Assembly (NCBI GenBank): GCA_964291675.2
Contig: OZ219866.1
Coordinates: 3,552,001-3,616,000, forward strand
Reading direction: 5' to 3'
From: Alphaproteobacteria bacterium
GTDB lineage: Bacteria > Pseudomonadota > Alphaproteobacteria > MPNO01
DNA: 64,000 bases
Shown here: one piece after another, positions 9,619 to 20,963 of the stretch
How the letters are laid out: each line of letters begins with the position of its first letter
How positions within the stretch are numbered: the first letter of the stretch is position 1
Position numbers and translations under genes: made by a program
Notes under the pieces: model-generated
The model's database searches: none
Told to the model about the DNA's origin: nothing
What the model saw: the letters and a program-made list of their open reading frames with translations, nothing else

Positions 9619-10964
9619 CATAAGCGCTAACTTGTTTGAGTCGGCTCTTTTGGTTACGGTTCCCGAGTGTTTGGTCTTGGAGACCTGCGATGGACGAGGA
9701 CTGGGAGGTTCTGCGGTCGTTTCTGCCGGCCGGCTGGGAAGAGCTGGGTCGCTCCAGCGGGGCGTTGAAGGGTCTGCGCAAGGACAAGTCGGCACAGGCG
9801 GCGCTGCGGGTTCTGCTGCTGCATCTGGGCTGCGGGCATTCGCTGCGCGAGACGGCGGTTCGGGCGCGCCAGGCGGGTCTGGCGGATCTGTCGGACGTTG
9901 CGCTGCTCAAGCGGCTTCGCAAATCGTCGGACTGGCTGCACGGGCTGTGCGTTGCGCTGTTTCGCGAGCGCGGCCTGGCGCGCCCGCCGGGTTCGCGACC
10001 GGGTTCGGGCTTGCGGGTGCGCGCGTTCGACGCCACCACGGTGCGCGAGCCGGGGCGGACGGGCTCTGTGTGGCGGGTGCATTACAGCCTGTGCCTGTCC
10101 TCGCTGCGCTGCGATTACTTCGCGGTGACGCCGACGCGCGGGGCGGGCAGCGCGGAGTATCTGGCGCGGTTTCCGGTGCGCGCGGGCGACCACATCCTGG
10201 CCGACCGGGGGTATGCGACGGCGGCCGGGATTGGCCATGTGGCGGCGGCGGGCGGTCGCATCGCGGTGCGGGTGAACACCGGGGCGTTGCCGCTCTGGAC
10301 CCCGGACGGGGCGCGCTTCGATCTGCTTGCGGCGCTGTCCGGGCTGGACCGCGCCGGGGCCGTGGGGTGCTGGCCGGCGGCGGCGGGCGGGGTGCACGGG
10401 CGCGTCTGCGCGGTGCGCAAGTCGGCCCAGGCCGCCCGGCGGGCGCGCAAGAGGGCGCGCCGCGAGGCCAGGCGCCAGGGCGGCGAGGTCAAGCCCGCAA
10501 CCCTTGCCTTCGCCGATTACGTCATCGTGTTCACCACGTTCTGCGAACAGCGCTTCAGCGCAAGCGAGGTTCTCGAATGGTACCGCCTGCGCTGGCAGGT
10601 CGAGCTGGTCTTCAAGCGCCTCAAATCGCTCGCCCGGCTCGGCCATCTGCCCAAGCGTGACGACGACAGCGCCCGCGCCTGGCTGTACGGAAAGCTCTTC
10701 GTCGCGCTTCTGGTCGACAAGCTGGTCGACCACGCCCGCGCCGTTTCCCCCTGGGGATACCGGCTGGCGGCGCCGCAGGCCGCATAGCCCGTGGCGCGAG
10801 TTCCGCTTCGTCCTCAACGAGGTGCAAAGGGCCATCGAGCCGCCCTGCGGCCTCGCCCGCACGATCGCGCAGTGGAACGACATCTCAAGAGACCTCGCCG
10901 AACCGCCGCGCCGACGCAGACCGCAGCGAGACACATACTTCATGTAGACAAGTTAGCGCTTATG
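9619..10964 (+). mobile_element. IS4-family insertion sequence (IS186-like ends) with an 11-bp target duplication
   Basis: 17-bp perfect terminal IRs CATAAGCGCTAACTTGT (9619-9635) and ACAAGTTAGCGCTTATG (10948-10964); direct repeats GGACTTGATCC at 9608-9618 and 10965-10975. Confidence 0.93.
9690..10787 (+). CDS. IS4-family DDE transposase
   Basis: AFDATT, LADRGY and the YREK signature YRLRWQVELVFKRLKS. Confidence 0.92.
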   Translation: MDEDWEVLRSFLPAGWEELGRSSGALKGLRKDKSAQAALRVLLLHLGCGHSLRETAVRARQAGLADLSDVALLKRLRKSSDWLHGLCVALFRERGLARPPGSRPGSGLRVRAFDATTVREPGRTGSVWRVHYSLCLSSLRCDYFAVTPTRGAGSAEYLARFPVRAGDHILADRGYATAAGIGHVAAAGGRIAVRVNTGALPLWTPDGARFDLLAALSGLDRAGAVGCWPAAAGGVHGRVCAVRKSAQAARRARKRARREARRQGGEVKPATLAFADYVIVFTTFCEQRFSASEVLEWYRLRWQVELVFKRLKSLARLGHLPKRDDDSARAWLYGKLFVALLVDKLVDHARAVSPWGYRLAAPQAA

Positions 10965-11185
10965 GGACTTGATCCGGGGGCCGGGGCATGACGAGGGGGG
11001 TGCATGACGGGGGGTGGATGACGAGGTGGGGAAGCATGGCGAGCGTTCCGACGTTCGGGCACGACGCCGGGGATCGCCGGCGGGCGCGACGCAGGTTCCG
11101 CCGCGCCGCCGCGCCGCCCCCCTGACGCCCGGCCCCCGCTCCTTCTCCCCGTTACTCCACCGACACCCCCGCTACTCCCCCACCC

Positions 11186-11371
11186 CGTCATGCCCGGACT
11201 TGATCCGGGCACCCATGGCCGGACTTGATCCGGCCACCCACTGCCGCCACCGCCCCTCCCCCACCGGCCGTTGTGCGCGCCGAGAGGCCGCATGGGTGCC
11301 CGGGCGGGAGGCGTGGTGGCGCCAGTGTGTGCCCGGATCGCCCCGGACTCGACCGGGGGCCGGCCATGACG
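11186..11371. repeat. Composite CGTC-REP element
   Basis: CGTCATGCCCGGACTTGATCCGGGCACC hairpins; the internal spacer is the reverse complement of the one at 29300-29350. Confidence 0.85.
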
Positions 11372-11409
11372 TGGCGGGGGTGACCGGGCGCGGCCCCTGT
11401 CGAAGGGCG

Positions 11410-12204
11410 CTACACCAGCTCCACCGCGCCGCCGCGCCGGCCGCTCGCGCGCCGGATCGAGTACCAGATCGAGTCCAGCATCTCGGTGCCGGAGACGCCG
11501 ACGGCGGGCTGGCGCTTCTCGCTGCGGAACAGGCCGCCGTCGCGGTCCCAGGCCTCGATCTCGGCCACCGCGCGGTCGAGCGCCGGGTCGCAGACCAGAA
11601 GCGCCTCGCAGGCGTCCAGCCCGGTCGAGACCAGCGCGCAGGTCACCATGGTGTTGACGTTGCGCGGGTAGAGTCTTGCGATGCCGCGCACCGGGCCCTC
11701 GTAGACCGCCGTCTCGCCGACGATCGCCGCCGGGTCGAGCCCGCTCTCGGAGAAGTCGATATTGTCGGGGTGCTTGCGGAAGGTGATGCGGACCCGCTCC
11801 CACTGCCCGGGCCGCGCCAGCAGCTCGTCGCCGCCGGCGAGCGCGCCCGCCGGCACCAGCAGCCTGGTGCCGTGCGCCGTCGCCGCGCGCTCCAGCCGCG
11901 CCCGCAAGCCGTCATCGGCGAGCGCCGTCACCGAGAGCGGCATGTAGTCGGCGAAGGCGAGGAATTCTTGCCCAAAACGCTCGGTGATGCCGGGATGGGC
12001 GCATTCGACGACCAGATCGGGCCGGCGTCCGCGCGCTTCCGCGAGGTCGCCGAGAACCAGCGCCGGGTCGATGCCGGCAAGCGCGCCCGGGCTCCGGTTG
12101 TGCACGAAGGCGGTCTCGAACGCCCTGCCCGACGCCGCCACCCGCTCGACGATCGAGCGCCCGATATAGCCGTAGCCGACCACCCCGATGCGGACCGCGC
12201 TCAC
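11410..12204 (-). CDS. Aspartate dehydrogenase (NadX/DUF108)-like oxidoreductase
   Basis: IGVVGYGYIG; VVECAHP; GALAGGD; RKHP; YPRNVN; GTG start overlaps the kynU stop. Confidence 0.75.
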   Translation of the reverse strand: MSAVRIGVVGYGYIGRSIVERVAASGRAFETAFVHNRSPGALAGIDPALVLGDLAEARGRRPDLVVECAHPGITERFGQEFLAFADYMPLSVTALADDGLRARLERAATAHGTRLLVPAGALAGGDELLARPGQWERVRITFRKHPDNIDFSESGLDPAAIVGETAVYEGPVRGIARLYPRNVNTMVTCALVSTGLDACEALLVCDPALDRAVAEIEAWDRDGGLFRSEKRQPAVGVSGTEMLDSIWYSIRRASGRRGGAVELV

Positions 12205-13433
12205 GTCACCGCCTCGCGGGTGGCGCTCGCAAAACCCTGCCAGGCGCGCCCGGCCATGACCGCGTCGACGGTCTCGACCGCGTCCCACACGTCGACATGG
12301 CGCAGGTACAAGGGCGTGATGCCGAAGCGCAGAATGTCCGGGTCGCGGAAATCGGGGATCAGGTCGTTGGCGATCAGCGCCCTGGCGACCGCATAGGCGT
12401 GGCTGTGGCGGAACGAGACCTGGCTGCCGCGCCTCGCCGCCTCGCGCGGGCTCGCGAGCGCGAGGCCGTGCCGCGCGAGGCGCTCGTCGGCGAGCGCGAT
12501 GAAGAGATCGGAGAGCCGGCGCGACTTGGCCGCGAGCGCCGCCATGTCGACGCCCTCGAAGCACGCCACCCCGTCGAGCACCGCGCGCAGCGAGAGCACC
12601 GGCGGCGAGCCGACGAGGCATTTGTCTATCGAGTCCGCCGGCCGGTAGCGGTCCTCGAAGCGGAACTGCTCGGCATGGCCGAACCAGCCGGTCACCGCCG
12701 GCCGGAAGCCGCCGATCGCGCCCCGCGAGACATAGGTGAAGGCCGGCGCCCCGGGCCCGCCGTTCAAGAACTTGTAGGTGCAGCCGACCGCGTAGTCGAC
12801 GCCGCAGCGGTTGAGCGCGACCGGGATCGCGCCGGCCGAGTGGCAGAGGTCCCAGATGACGGGCACGCCCCGCGCCTTGCAGCGCGCGGTGACGGCTTCC
12901 ATGTCGAGCACCGCGCCGGTGCGGTAGTCGACATGGCTGAGGAGCACCAGCGCGGTCGCCTCGTCTATGGCGTCGAGGATCGTATCGGGCGGCGCGCGGA
13001 CCAGCGCGCGCCCGCCGCCCAGCAGGTCGACCAGCCCCTCCAGGATGTACATGTCGGTCGGGAAGTTGCCGCTCTCGGTCAGAACCTTGCGCCTGCCGCC
13101 GCCGTCGCGCAGCAGCGCCGCCGCCAGCTTGAAGATGTTGACCGAGGTGGAGTCCGACACCGCGACCTCGCCCGCCGACGCCCCGATCAGCGGCGCGATG
13201 GCATCGCCCGCCCGGCGCGCGAGATGGAACCAGCCGGCGTCGAGCCAGCTGCGGATCAGCCCCTCGCCCCACTCCGCCTCGACGAGGTCGCGTATGCTGG
13301 AAGGCGCGGTCCGCGGCAGCGCGCCCAGCGAGTTGCCGTCGAAATAGAGCACGCCGTCGGGCAGCACGAAGCGCTCCCGGCAGGAAGCGAGCGGGCAGTC
13401 TCGGTCGAGGCGTTCGAGCTCGGCGCGGTCCAT
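12201..13433 (-). CDS. kynU: Kynureninase (PLP-dependent)
   Basis: YFDGNSLGALP; DSTSVN; WDLCHSAG; GCTYKFLNGGPG with the PLP Lys; RGSQVS. Confidence 0.95.
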   Translation of the reverse strand: MDRAELERLDRDCPLASCRERFVLPDGVLYFDGNSLGALPRTAPSSIRDLVEAEWGEGLIRSWLDAGWFHLARRAGDAIAPLIGASAGEVAVSDSTSVNIFKLAAALLRDGGGRRKVLTESGNFPTDMYILEGLVDLLGGGRALVRAPPDTILDAIDEATALVLLSHVDYRTGAVLDMEAVTARCKARGVPVIWDLCHSAGAIPVALNRCGVDYAVGCTYKFLNGGPGAPAFTYVSRGAIGGFRPAVTGWFGHAEQFRFEDRYRPADSIDKCLVGSPPVLSLRAVLDGVACFEGVDMAALAAKSRRLSDLFIALADERLARHGLALASPREAARRGSQVSFRHSHAYAVARALIANDLIPDFRDPDILRFGITPLYLRHVDVWDAVETVDAVMAGRAWQGFASATREAVT

Positions 13434-13499
13434 GGCCGGGAAGATAGCCTTATCCCGGGCCGGCGCGAAGCGCGGCGCGGGGGTCCTTCGATACGCCGC

Positions 13500-13901
13500 C
13501 TACGGCGCGACCGCCTCCCACGGCAGCGGGAAGCCGAGCGCGCGGGCGACGGCGGCCTGCCTCGCGTCCAGCGTGGCGAAGGCGAGCCCGCCGGGGCTGG
13601 GCGAGGCGTGGAGCGCCGCCGCGACATGCCACAGATCGGCGCCCCGCAGATAGCCCGCTTCGAGCACCGAGGCGAGCTCGGCGCCGAGCGGCCGGTCGGG
13701 CAGCACCCATTCGATGCGCGCGATCGTGTCCTCCCGGAACGCCATGGCCTCGCGCGCGAACGCCGCCCGCAGCTCCGCTTCGAGCAGGTTGGAGGAGATC
13801 AGGCCGTCGAATCGGGCGAGTCGGTCCGCGCAGTCCGACACGCCGGGCTCCTGGAAGGCTATGGCCGTCAACAGCGAGCTGTCGACATAGGCCGTGCTCA
13901 T
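13500..13901 (-). CDS. PIN-domain (VapC-like) toxin
   Basis: AYVDSS; SNLLEAE; LRGADLWHVA; FATLDARQ; overlaps the antitoxin stop. Confidence 0.85.
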   Translation of the reverse strand: MSTAYVDSSLLTAIAFQEPGVSDCADRLARFDGLISSNLLEAELRAAFAREAMAFREDTIARIEWVLPDRPLGAELASVLEAGYLRGADLWHVAAALHASPSPGGLAFATLDARQAAVARALGFPLPWEAVAP

Positions 13902-14176
13902 TCGCCGCGGTCTCTGAGGAAGCGCGCCAGCGCGCCGGGCCGCCGCGCCACCGGGCGGAACGGCTGCTTCGGGTTCGCCGCCGGTACCAGGACGCCTCTG
14001 CGCCTCAACTCCTCCAGCCGCTCCTCGGTGGTCTGCTCCGGCTGCCGCTCGATGGGGCGGATCTCCGCCACCGGCTCGCCGCGATAGGAGATCGTCACGA
14101 TCCGGCCCTCGCGCACCCGCCGGATGACCTCGGAGAACCGCGCCTTGGCTTCGTGGAGCGGGTAGGTGAGCGCCAT
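13898..14176 (-). CDS. Phd/YefM-family antitoxin
   Basis: EAKARFSEVIRRVREG...ISYRGEPVAEIRP. Confidence 0.9.
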   Translation of the reverse strand: MALTYPLHEAKARFSEVIRRVREGRIVTISYRGEPVAEIRPIERQPEQTTEERLEELRRRGVLVPAANPKQPFRPVARRPGALARFLRDRGE

Positions 14177-14182
14177 GCGGCC

Positions 14183-14211
14183 AGTCTAACCAGTCTGACC
14201 GGTTCGTACAA
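14183..14211 (-). promoter_or_regulatory. Leaderless sigma70-type promoter of phd-vapC with a repeated operator-like motif
   Basis: Minus strand reads TTGTAC-N17-TAGACT-N6-ATG; AGACTGG occurs twice. Confidence 0.6.
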
Positions 14212-14235
14212 CCCACGGGAGAAGCAATGGGGCCC

Positions 14236-14928
14236 CTACCCGTAACGGTGCAGCGCGGCGCCGTTCTGCCGGAGCCAGGCGCGCGCGGCCTCGGGGTCAT
14301 CGCAGAGGTGCGCGACATGGGCCCAGAAGCGCGCGCCGTGGTTTGGCTCGGCGAGATGGGCGACCTCGTGGGCGACGAGATAGTCGAGCACGGCGACGGG
14401 CGCCATCGCGATACGCCAGCAAAAGCTCAGATTCCCCGCGGCCGAGCAGCTTCCCCAGCGCGACGCGGTGTCGCGCAGCGCGATGCGGCCGGGGCGCGCG
14501 CCGAGCCGGGCCGCCTTGTCCCGCACCCGGGGCGCGATCTCCGCCCGGGCGGCGCCCCGCAGCCAGCGTTCGACCCGGCCGGGCAGGTCTTCCGGGCGGC
14601 CGGAGACCTTGAGCGCGTCGCCTTCGCGCCACGCCCCGGGACGCCCGGCATCCGCGCAACGGACCGTCAGCTCGCCGCCGAGAAAGGGAAACGCGACACC
14701 GTCGGCGAAGGGCACGCGGGGTAGCGCCCGCGCGGTGCGCGCGGCGACCCATTCCCGCTTCGCCTCGAGGAAGGCGAGCCCGTCGGCCCGCGCCGCGCCC
14801 GGCGGCAGCACCAGCTCGACCGCGCCGCCGACCGGGGCCACCTTGATCTGGATGCGCCGCGCCCGCGCACTCCTGCGGACCGCGACGTCGAGCGCGCGCC
14901 CGTCGGCGAGGCGGAGGCGGGCGCTCAC
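14236..14928 (-). CDS. YgjP/DUF45 (M48-like) metal-dependent hydrolase
   Basis: SRWGSCS; DYLVAHEVAHL (HExxH); NHGARFW. Confidence 0.88.
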   Translation of the reverse strand: MSARLRLADGRALDVAVRRSARARRIQIKVAPVGGAVELVLPPGAARADGLAFLEAKREWVAARTARALPRVPFADGVAFPFLGGELTVRCADAGRPGAWREGDALKVSGRPEDLPGRVERWLRGAARAEIAPRVRDKAARLGARPGRIALRDTASRWGSCSAAGNLSFCWRIAMAPVAVLDYLVAHEVAHLAEPNHGARFWAHVAHLCDDPEAARAWLRQNGAALHRYG

Positions 14929-15821
14929 TCCGCCGCTTCGCGCCGGCGCAGCTCGGCGACGCAGGCGGCGACGGTCCGCTCCATCGTGCGCGCGCGGTCC
15001 ATGGACTCGCGCGTCTCGCGCCCGTAGGGCGTCGCGTCGAGCAGGCGGAACATCTCGGCCGCCGCGAGGTGGAAGCCGGGCGGCAGGCCGGCCGCGGCGT
15101 AGGTGCGCGCGATCTCCTCCATCTCGCCCACCCAGCGCCCGGCATCGGCGGGCAGGCGCGGGATGTTGGCCTGCATGCGCTCGAAGACGGCGGGCACGGA
15201 ATCGGCGATCTCGGCACGCAGGATGTCGCCGACGCCGAGCGAATCGGCCGCGGTCATCGCCGCGGTGTGCAGCGCGTTGGTGCCCTTCGACACCGAGGCG
15301 TAGCACATCTTGACCGCCGAGGCGCGGCCGATCTCGGGGCCGCATTGGCGGATCGCGATGTCCTTGCCGTCGAACGCGTCCATCACCGGCGCGGCCTCGC
15401 CGGAGACGTAGATGCGCGTGGGCTTCCGCCCCTCGGCCGGCGGCAGGCCGATGATCCCGCCGTCGATGAAGTCCGCGCCGGTGCCGCGGAAGGCGCCGGC
15501 GATCGACCGCGCGGTCTCCGGCGCGATGGCGTTGCATTCGGCGAAGGGGGGCGCGCTCCCGGTGCGCCGCATCGCGGCGGCGACGTCGTCTGCCACCGCC
15601 CGCGCCGATTCGGGCGGCAGGATCGAGAGCACGATGTCGGCCTCGGCGACCAGCGAGTCGAGATCGGCGCAGAGCCGGAAGCCCAGCCGTTCGGCGCGCG
15701 CCCGGGTCTCCGGGCCGCGCCCGGCAAGGCAGGCGATCGGGTCGTGGCCGTGCCGGGCGAGCGCCGCGCCGACGCCGCCGCCCATCTCGCCCGGGCTCAG
15801 GATCGCAACAATCCGGGTCAT
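14925..15821 (-). CDS. NAD(P)-dependent oxidoreductase (6PGD-like with DUF1932)
   Basis: ILSPGEMGGGVG; DGGIIG; ASAVKMCYAS; RWVGEMEEIA. Confidence 0.85.
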   Translation of the reverse strand: MTRIVAILSPGEMGGGVGAALARHGHDPIACLAGRGPETRARAERLGFRLCADLDSLVAEADIVLSILPPESARAVADDVAAAMRRTGSAPPFAECNAIAPETARSIAGAFRGTGADFIDGGIIGLPPAEGRKPTRIYVSGEAAPVMDAFDGKDIAIRQCGPEIGRASAVKMCYASVSKGTNALHTAAMTAADSLGVGDILRAEIADSVPAVFERMQANIPRLPADAGRWVGEMEEIARTYAAAGLPPGFHLAAAEMFRLLDATPYGRETRESMDRARTMERTVAACVAELRRREAAE

Positions 15822-15839
15822 CGCGCCGCTCCGTTCCGC

Positions 15840-17234
15840 CTATCCGACGATCTCGCCGTCTTTGATATAGCCCCGCGCGCGGCCTTCGTTCCACACCTTG
15901 CGCACCGCCGCCGCCCCGCCGGCGACGATTCTCTGCTCGTCGACCAGCAGATGGCGGCCGCCCTCGACCACCACCCTTCCGTCGACCAGCACGGCCGCGA
16001 TGTCGGAGCTGCCGGCATGCCACACCATGGTCTTGAGCGGGTCGCTGACCGGGGCGAGGTGGGAGCCGCTCAAGCCCACCACCACGAGGTCGGCGCGGCA
16101 GCCCGGGGCGATGCGGCCGATGTCGTCGCGCCCGAGCGCCGCCGCGCCGCAAGCCGTCGCCGCCGCCACCAGGTCGCGGGCCGCGCCGTCCTCCGAGCGG
16201 CCCGCGGCGAGCTTGGAGACCAGCGCCGCCGTCCTCAGCTCGCCGATCGTGTCCATCGCATAGCCGTCGAGCCCGATCCCGGTGCGGATGCCGCGCGCCG
16301 CCGTGCGCTGCCACACCGCCGCGACCGCGCCGCGCGCGAACGAGGCCGGGCAGTTCACCACCGTGGCGCCGGCGTCCGCGATCAGCGCGAGGTCGGCGTC
16401 GGAGGCGTAGACGCAGTGCGCGGCGACCAGGCCGGGGCCGAGCAGCCCGACATGGGCGAGCTGCTCGGTCGGCGTGCGGCCGTAGCGCGATTGCAGCGTC
16501 TCGCCCTCGATCGCGCTCTGCGAGACGTGGATGGTGACCGGGGCGCCCCGCGAAGCGGCTGCGTCGCGGATCCCGGCGAGCAGCTCGGCATCGCAGCTGT
16601 CGGTGCCGTGCGGCCCGAACCCCGCGCGTATGCGCCCGTCGGCGCGCCCGTCATGCGCGTCGAACAGCGCCGCCGCGCGGGCGAGGTCGCTCTCGCCGGC
16701 CGCGCGCGCGGCGTAAGCCGGCCGCCCGTCGGCGCCGATGCCGAGATCCTCGGTCGAGAACAGGTATGGCATGCCGTAGAAGCGGATGCCCAGCTCGTCG
16801 GCCACGTCGAACGAGACCGCCTGCGCGATGCGGAACTGGTCCATCACCGTGGTCGCCCCGCCCTTGACCAGGCCGAGCAGCCCGAGCGCGGTGACCGCGC
16901 GCAGCTCTTCTTCGTCGAGCACCTCCATGGCCAGGCCCTGCAGCGGCATGATCAGCCCGTAGACCGTGTCCGCGGCCCAGGAGGCGGTCGGGCGGTCCTC
17001 GACGATGCCGCGGAACAGCAGCGCCGAGATGCCGTGGTTGTGCAGGTTGACGAAGCCCGGCAGGACCAGCGCGTCGGCCACGTCGATCACGCGGTCCGCC
17101 CCGCCCGGCCGGCCCGCCGTCACCGCGGCGATCCGCCCGTCCTCGACCAGCACCCAGCGATCGGTGGCGATGCGCTGCCCCGCCCCGTCCGGCAGCAGCG
17201 CCCAGCGGGCGCGGATGGCGATGGTCTCGGTCAT
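15840..17234 (-). CDS. Amidohydrolase superfamily (MTA/SAH deaminase-like)
   Basis: PGFVNLHNH; IHVSQ; AAHC; GLDG; PGCRADLV. Confidence 0.85.
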   Translation of the reverse strand: MTETIAIRARWALLPDGAGQRIATDRWVLVEDGRIAAVTAGRPGGADRVIDVADALVLPGFVNLHNHGISALLFRGIVEDRPTASWAADTVYGLIMPLQGLAMEVLDEEELRAVTALGLLGLVKGGATTVMDQFRIAQAVSFDVADELGIRFYGMPYLFSTEDLGIGADGRPAYAARAAGESDLARAAALFDAHDGRADGRIRAGFGPHGTDSCDAELLAGIRDAAASRGAPVTIHVSQSAIEGETLQSRYGRTPTEQLAHVGLLGPGLVAAHCVYASDADLALIADAGATVVNCPASFARGAVAAVWQRTAARGIRTGIGLDGYAMDTIGELRTAALVSKLAAGRSEDGAARDLVAAATACGAAALGRDDIGRIAPGCRADLVVVGLSGSHLAPVSDPLKTMVWHAGSSDIAAVLVDGRVVVEGGRHLLVDEQRIVAGGAAAVRKVWNEGRARGYIKDGEIVG

Positions 17235-17362
17235 GCGGGAGTCTTATGTCGACATACCATCGCCGTGTAATGTCCTTCGCAGTTGGTGTAGCGGCAAACC
17301 ACCCTCCGGCACCGGAACCCGAACGGAAGCGCGGTGCGAAGGGATAACGGAGTCGAGCAGCC

Positions 17363-19441
<2,079 letters not shown>

Positions 19442-19442
19442 C

Positions 19443-20951
19443 ATGATCGAAGACTCGCGGACGCAGGCAACGCTGCTGCTGACGGTTTCGCTGGGAGCCG
19501 CCGACAGGCAGGGAGCGAAGCCGCTGTCTCCGCGGGAATGGGCGCGCCTGGTGCGCTGGCTCGACGGCCGGGGAGCCGATCCATCGGCGCTGATGGGAGG
19601 CGATGTCCCGGGGCTGCTGGCGGGTTGGGAGGATCGCGCGATCACGGCGAAGCGGTTGGACCGCCTGCTCGGTCGAGGCCCGGCCCTCGGCCTGTCATTG
19701 GAGAAGTGGTTTCGGGCGGGGCTGTGGATTCTGACGCGCCCCGACCCGGCCTATCCCAGGCGGCTCGAGCGGCGTCTCGGATCGGCGGCGCCGCCGGTCC
19801 TCTTCGGTTGCGGCGCGATGCCGCTTCTGGACCGCGGCGGTCTCGCGGTCGTCGGGTCCCGCGACGCCGGCGAAGCCGATTTGGAGTTCGGCAGGCGTCT
19901 CGGCGAAGCGGCTTCGCAGCAGGGTCACTCGATCGTTTCCGGCGGCGCTCGCGGCATCGACAGAACTGCGATGAGAGGCGCGCTGGAGAGCGCAGGTACG
20001 TCGGTCGGCGTGATGGCCGACGGCCTGCTGGCAGCCTCCACGTCGCAGCTTTACCGCAGACCGTTGCTGGCCGGTGACCTCGTGTTGATCTCGTCGGTCA
20101 ACCCCGAGGCACGGTTCCGCGTCGGCACCGCCATGGCCCGCAACCGATACATCTATTGCCTCGCCGACGGCGCCGTGGTCGTCGCCAGCGCGCGCGGCAG
20201 CGGCGGTACCTGGAACGGGGCGTGCGAGAATCTGGAGGCAGGCTGGGTTCCTCTGTGGGTCAAGGCGACCGGCGAACCGGATTCCGGCAATGCCGCGTTG
20301 GCCGAAAAAGGAGGGTGCTGGCTACGAGACATTCCCGAATCCATCGCTGCGCTGTTCGACCGGGGTGGGGCCGCGGTGCGACCCGTTGCGTCCGGGCTGA
20401 CCGACGAGGCGGTGGCCTGGAGCGGCCCCGACTCCGCGGCGGCCCCGCCGGCGGAGAAAGGCGTCCGCCAGGGAACAATTCCTCAGGGGCTCGGGTTCTA
20501 CGACCTGTTCCTGGCGCGGCTGGCGGCGCTATCGGTGGGCGAGCCAGCCCTCGAAGCCAGCCTTGCCGCACGTCTCGAACTCGCCAAAGGCCAAGTGAAG
20601 ACCTGGTTGATCCGCGGCGTCGAGGAAGGACGTGTCGAGAAGTTGCCGGCACCGCTCCGATATCGCAACCCCCATCCGCAGCTTCCCCTGGATGAGCCCG
20701 GTGTCGGGCCGTCGTCGCCCGCCGGACAGGCGGCCGCGCCGCCCGCGATCCCGACGGACTTCGATTTCTACGACCTGTTCCTGCTTCGCCTGGCGGAGCT
20801 TACCTCCGCGGAGGCGCGTTCCTCGCGGGATATCGCGCACTCCCTGGGGCTCGCCCGGGGTCAGGTGCACAGGTGGCTCAAGCGCGGCGTCGCCGATGCC
20901 GTTGTTCACAGGGAGAGCAGGCCGGCTCGGTATCGCTGCGTCCGAACGTAA
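19443..20951 (+). CDS. DprA/Smf-family protein with two C-terminal HTH-like repeats
   Basis: LAVVGSR; IVSGGARGID; AMARNRYIYCLAD; repeated FYDLFL.RLA.L...LA.GQV..WL.RGV...P.RY; starts 1 nt after the RecQ stop. Confidence 0.88.
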   Translation: MIEDSRTQATLLLTVSLGAADRQGAKPLSPREWARLVRWLDGRGADPSALMGGDVPGLLAGWEDRAITAKRLDRLLGRGPALGLSLEKWFRAGLWILTRPDPAYPRRLERRLGSAAPPVLFGCGAMPLLDRGGLAVVGSRDAGEADLEFGRRLGEAASQQGHSIVSGGARGIDRTAMRGALESAGTSVGVMADGLLAASTSQLYRRPLLAGDLVLISSVNPEARFRVGTAMARNRYIYCLADGAVVVASARGSGGTWNGACENLEAGWVPLWVKATGEPDSGNAALAEKGGCWLRDIPESIAALFDRGGAAVRPVASGLTDEAVAWSGPDSAAAPPAEKGVRQGTIPQGLGFYDLFLARLAALSVGEPALEASLAARLELAKGQVKTWLIRGVEEGRVEKLPAPLRYRNPHPQLPLDEPGVGPSSPAGQAAAPPAIPTDFDFYDLFLLRLAELTSAEARSSRDIAHSLGLARGQVHRWLKRGVADAVVHRESRPARYRCVRT

Positions 20952-20963
20952 GGTTTCACCGGC

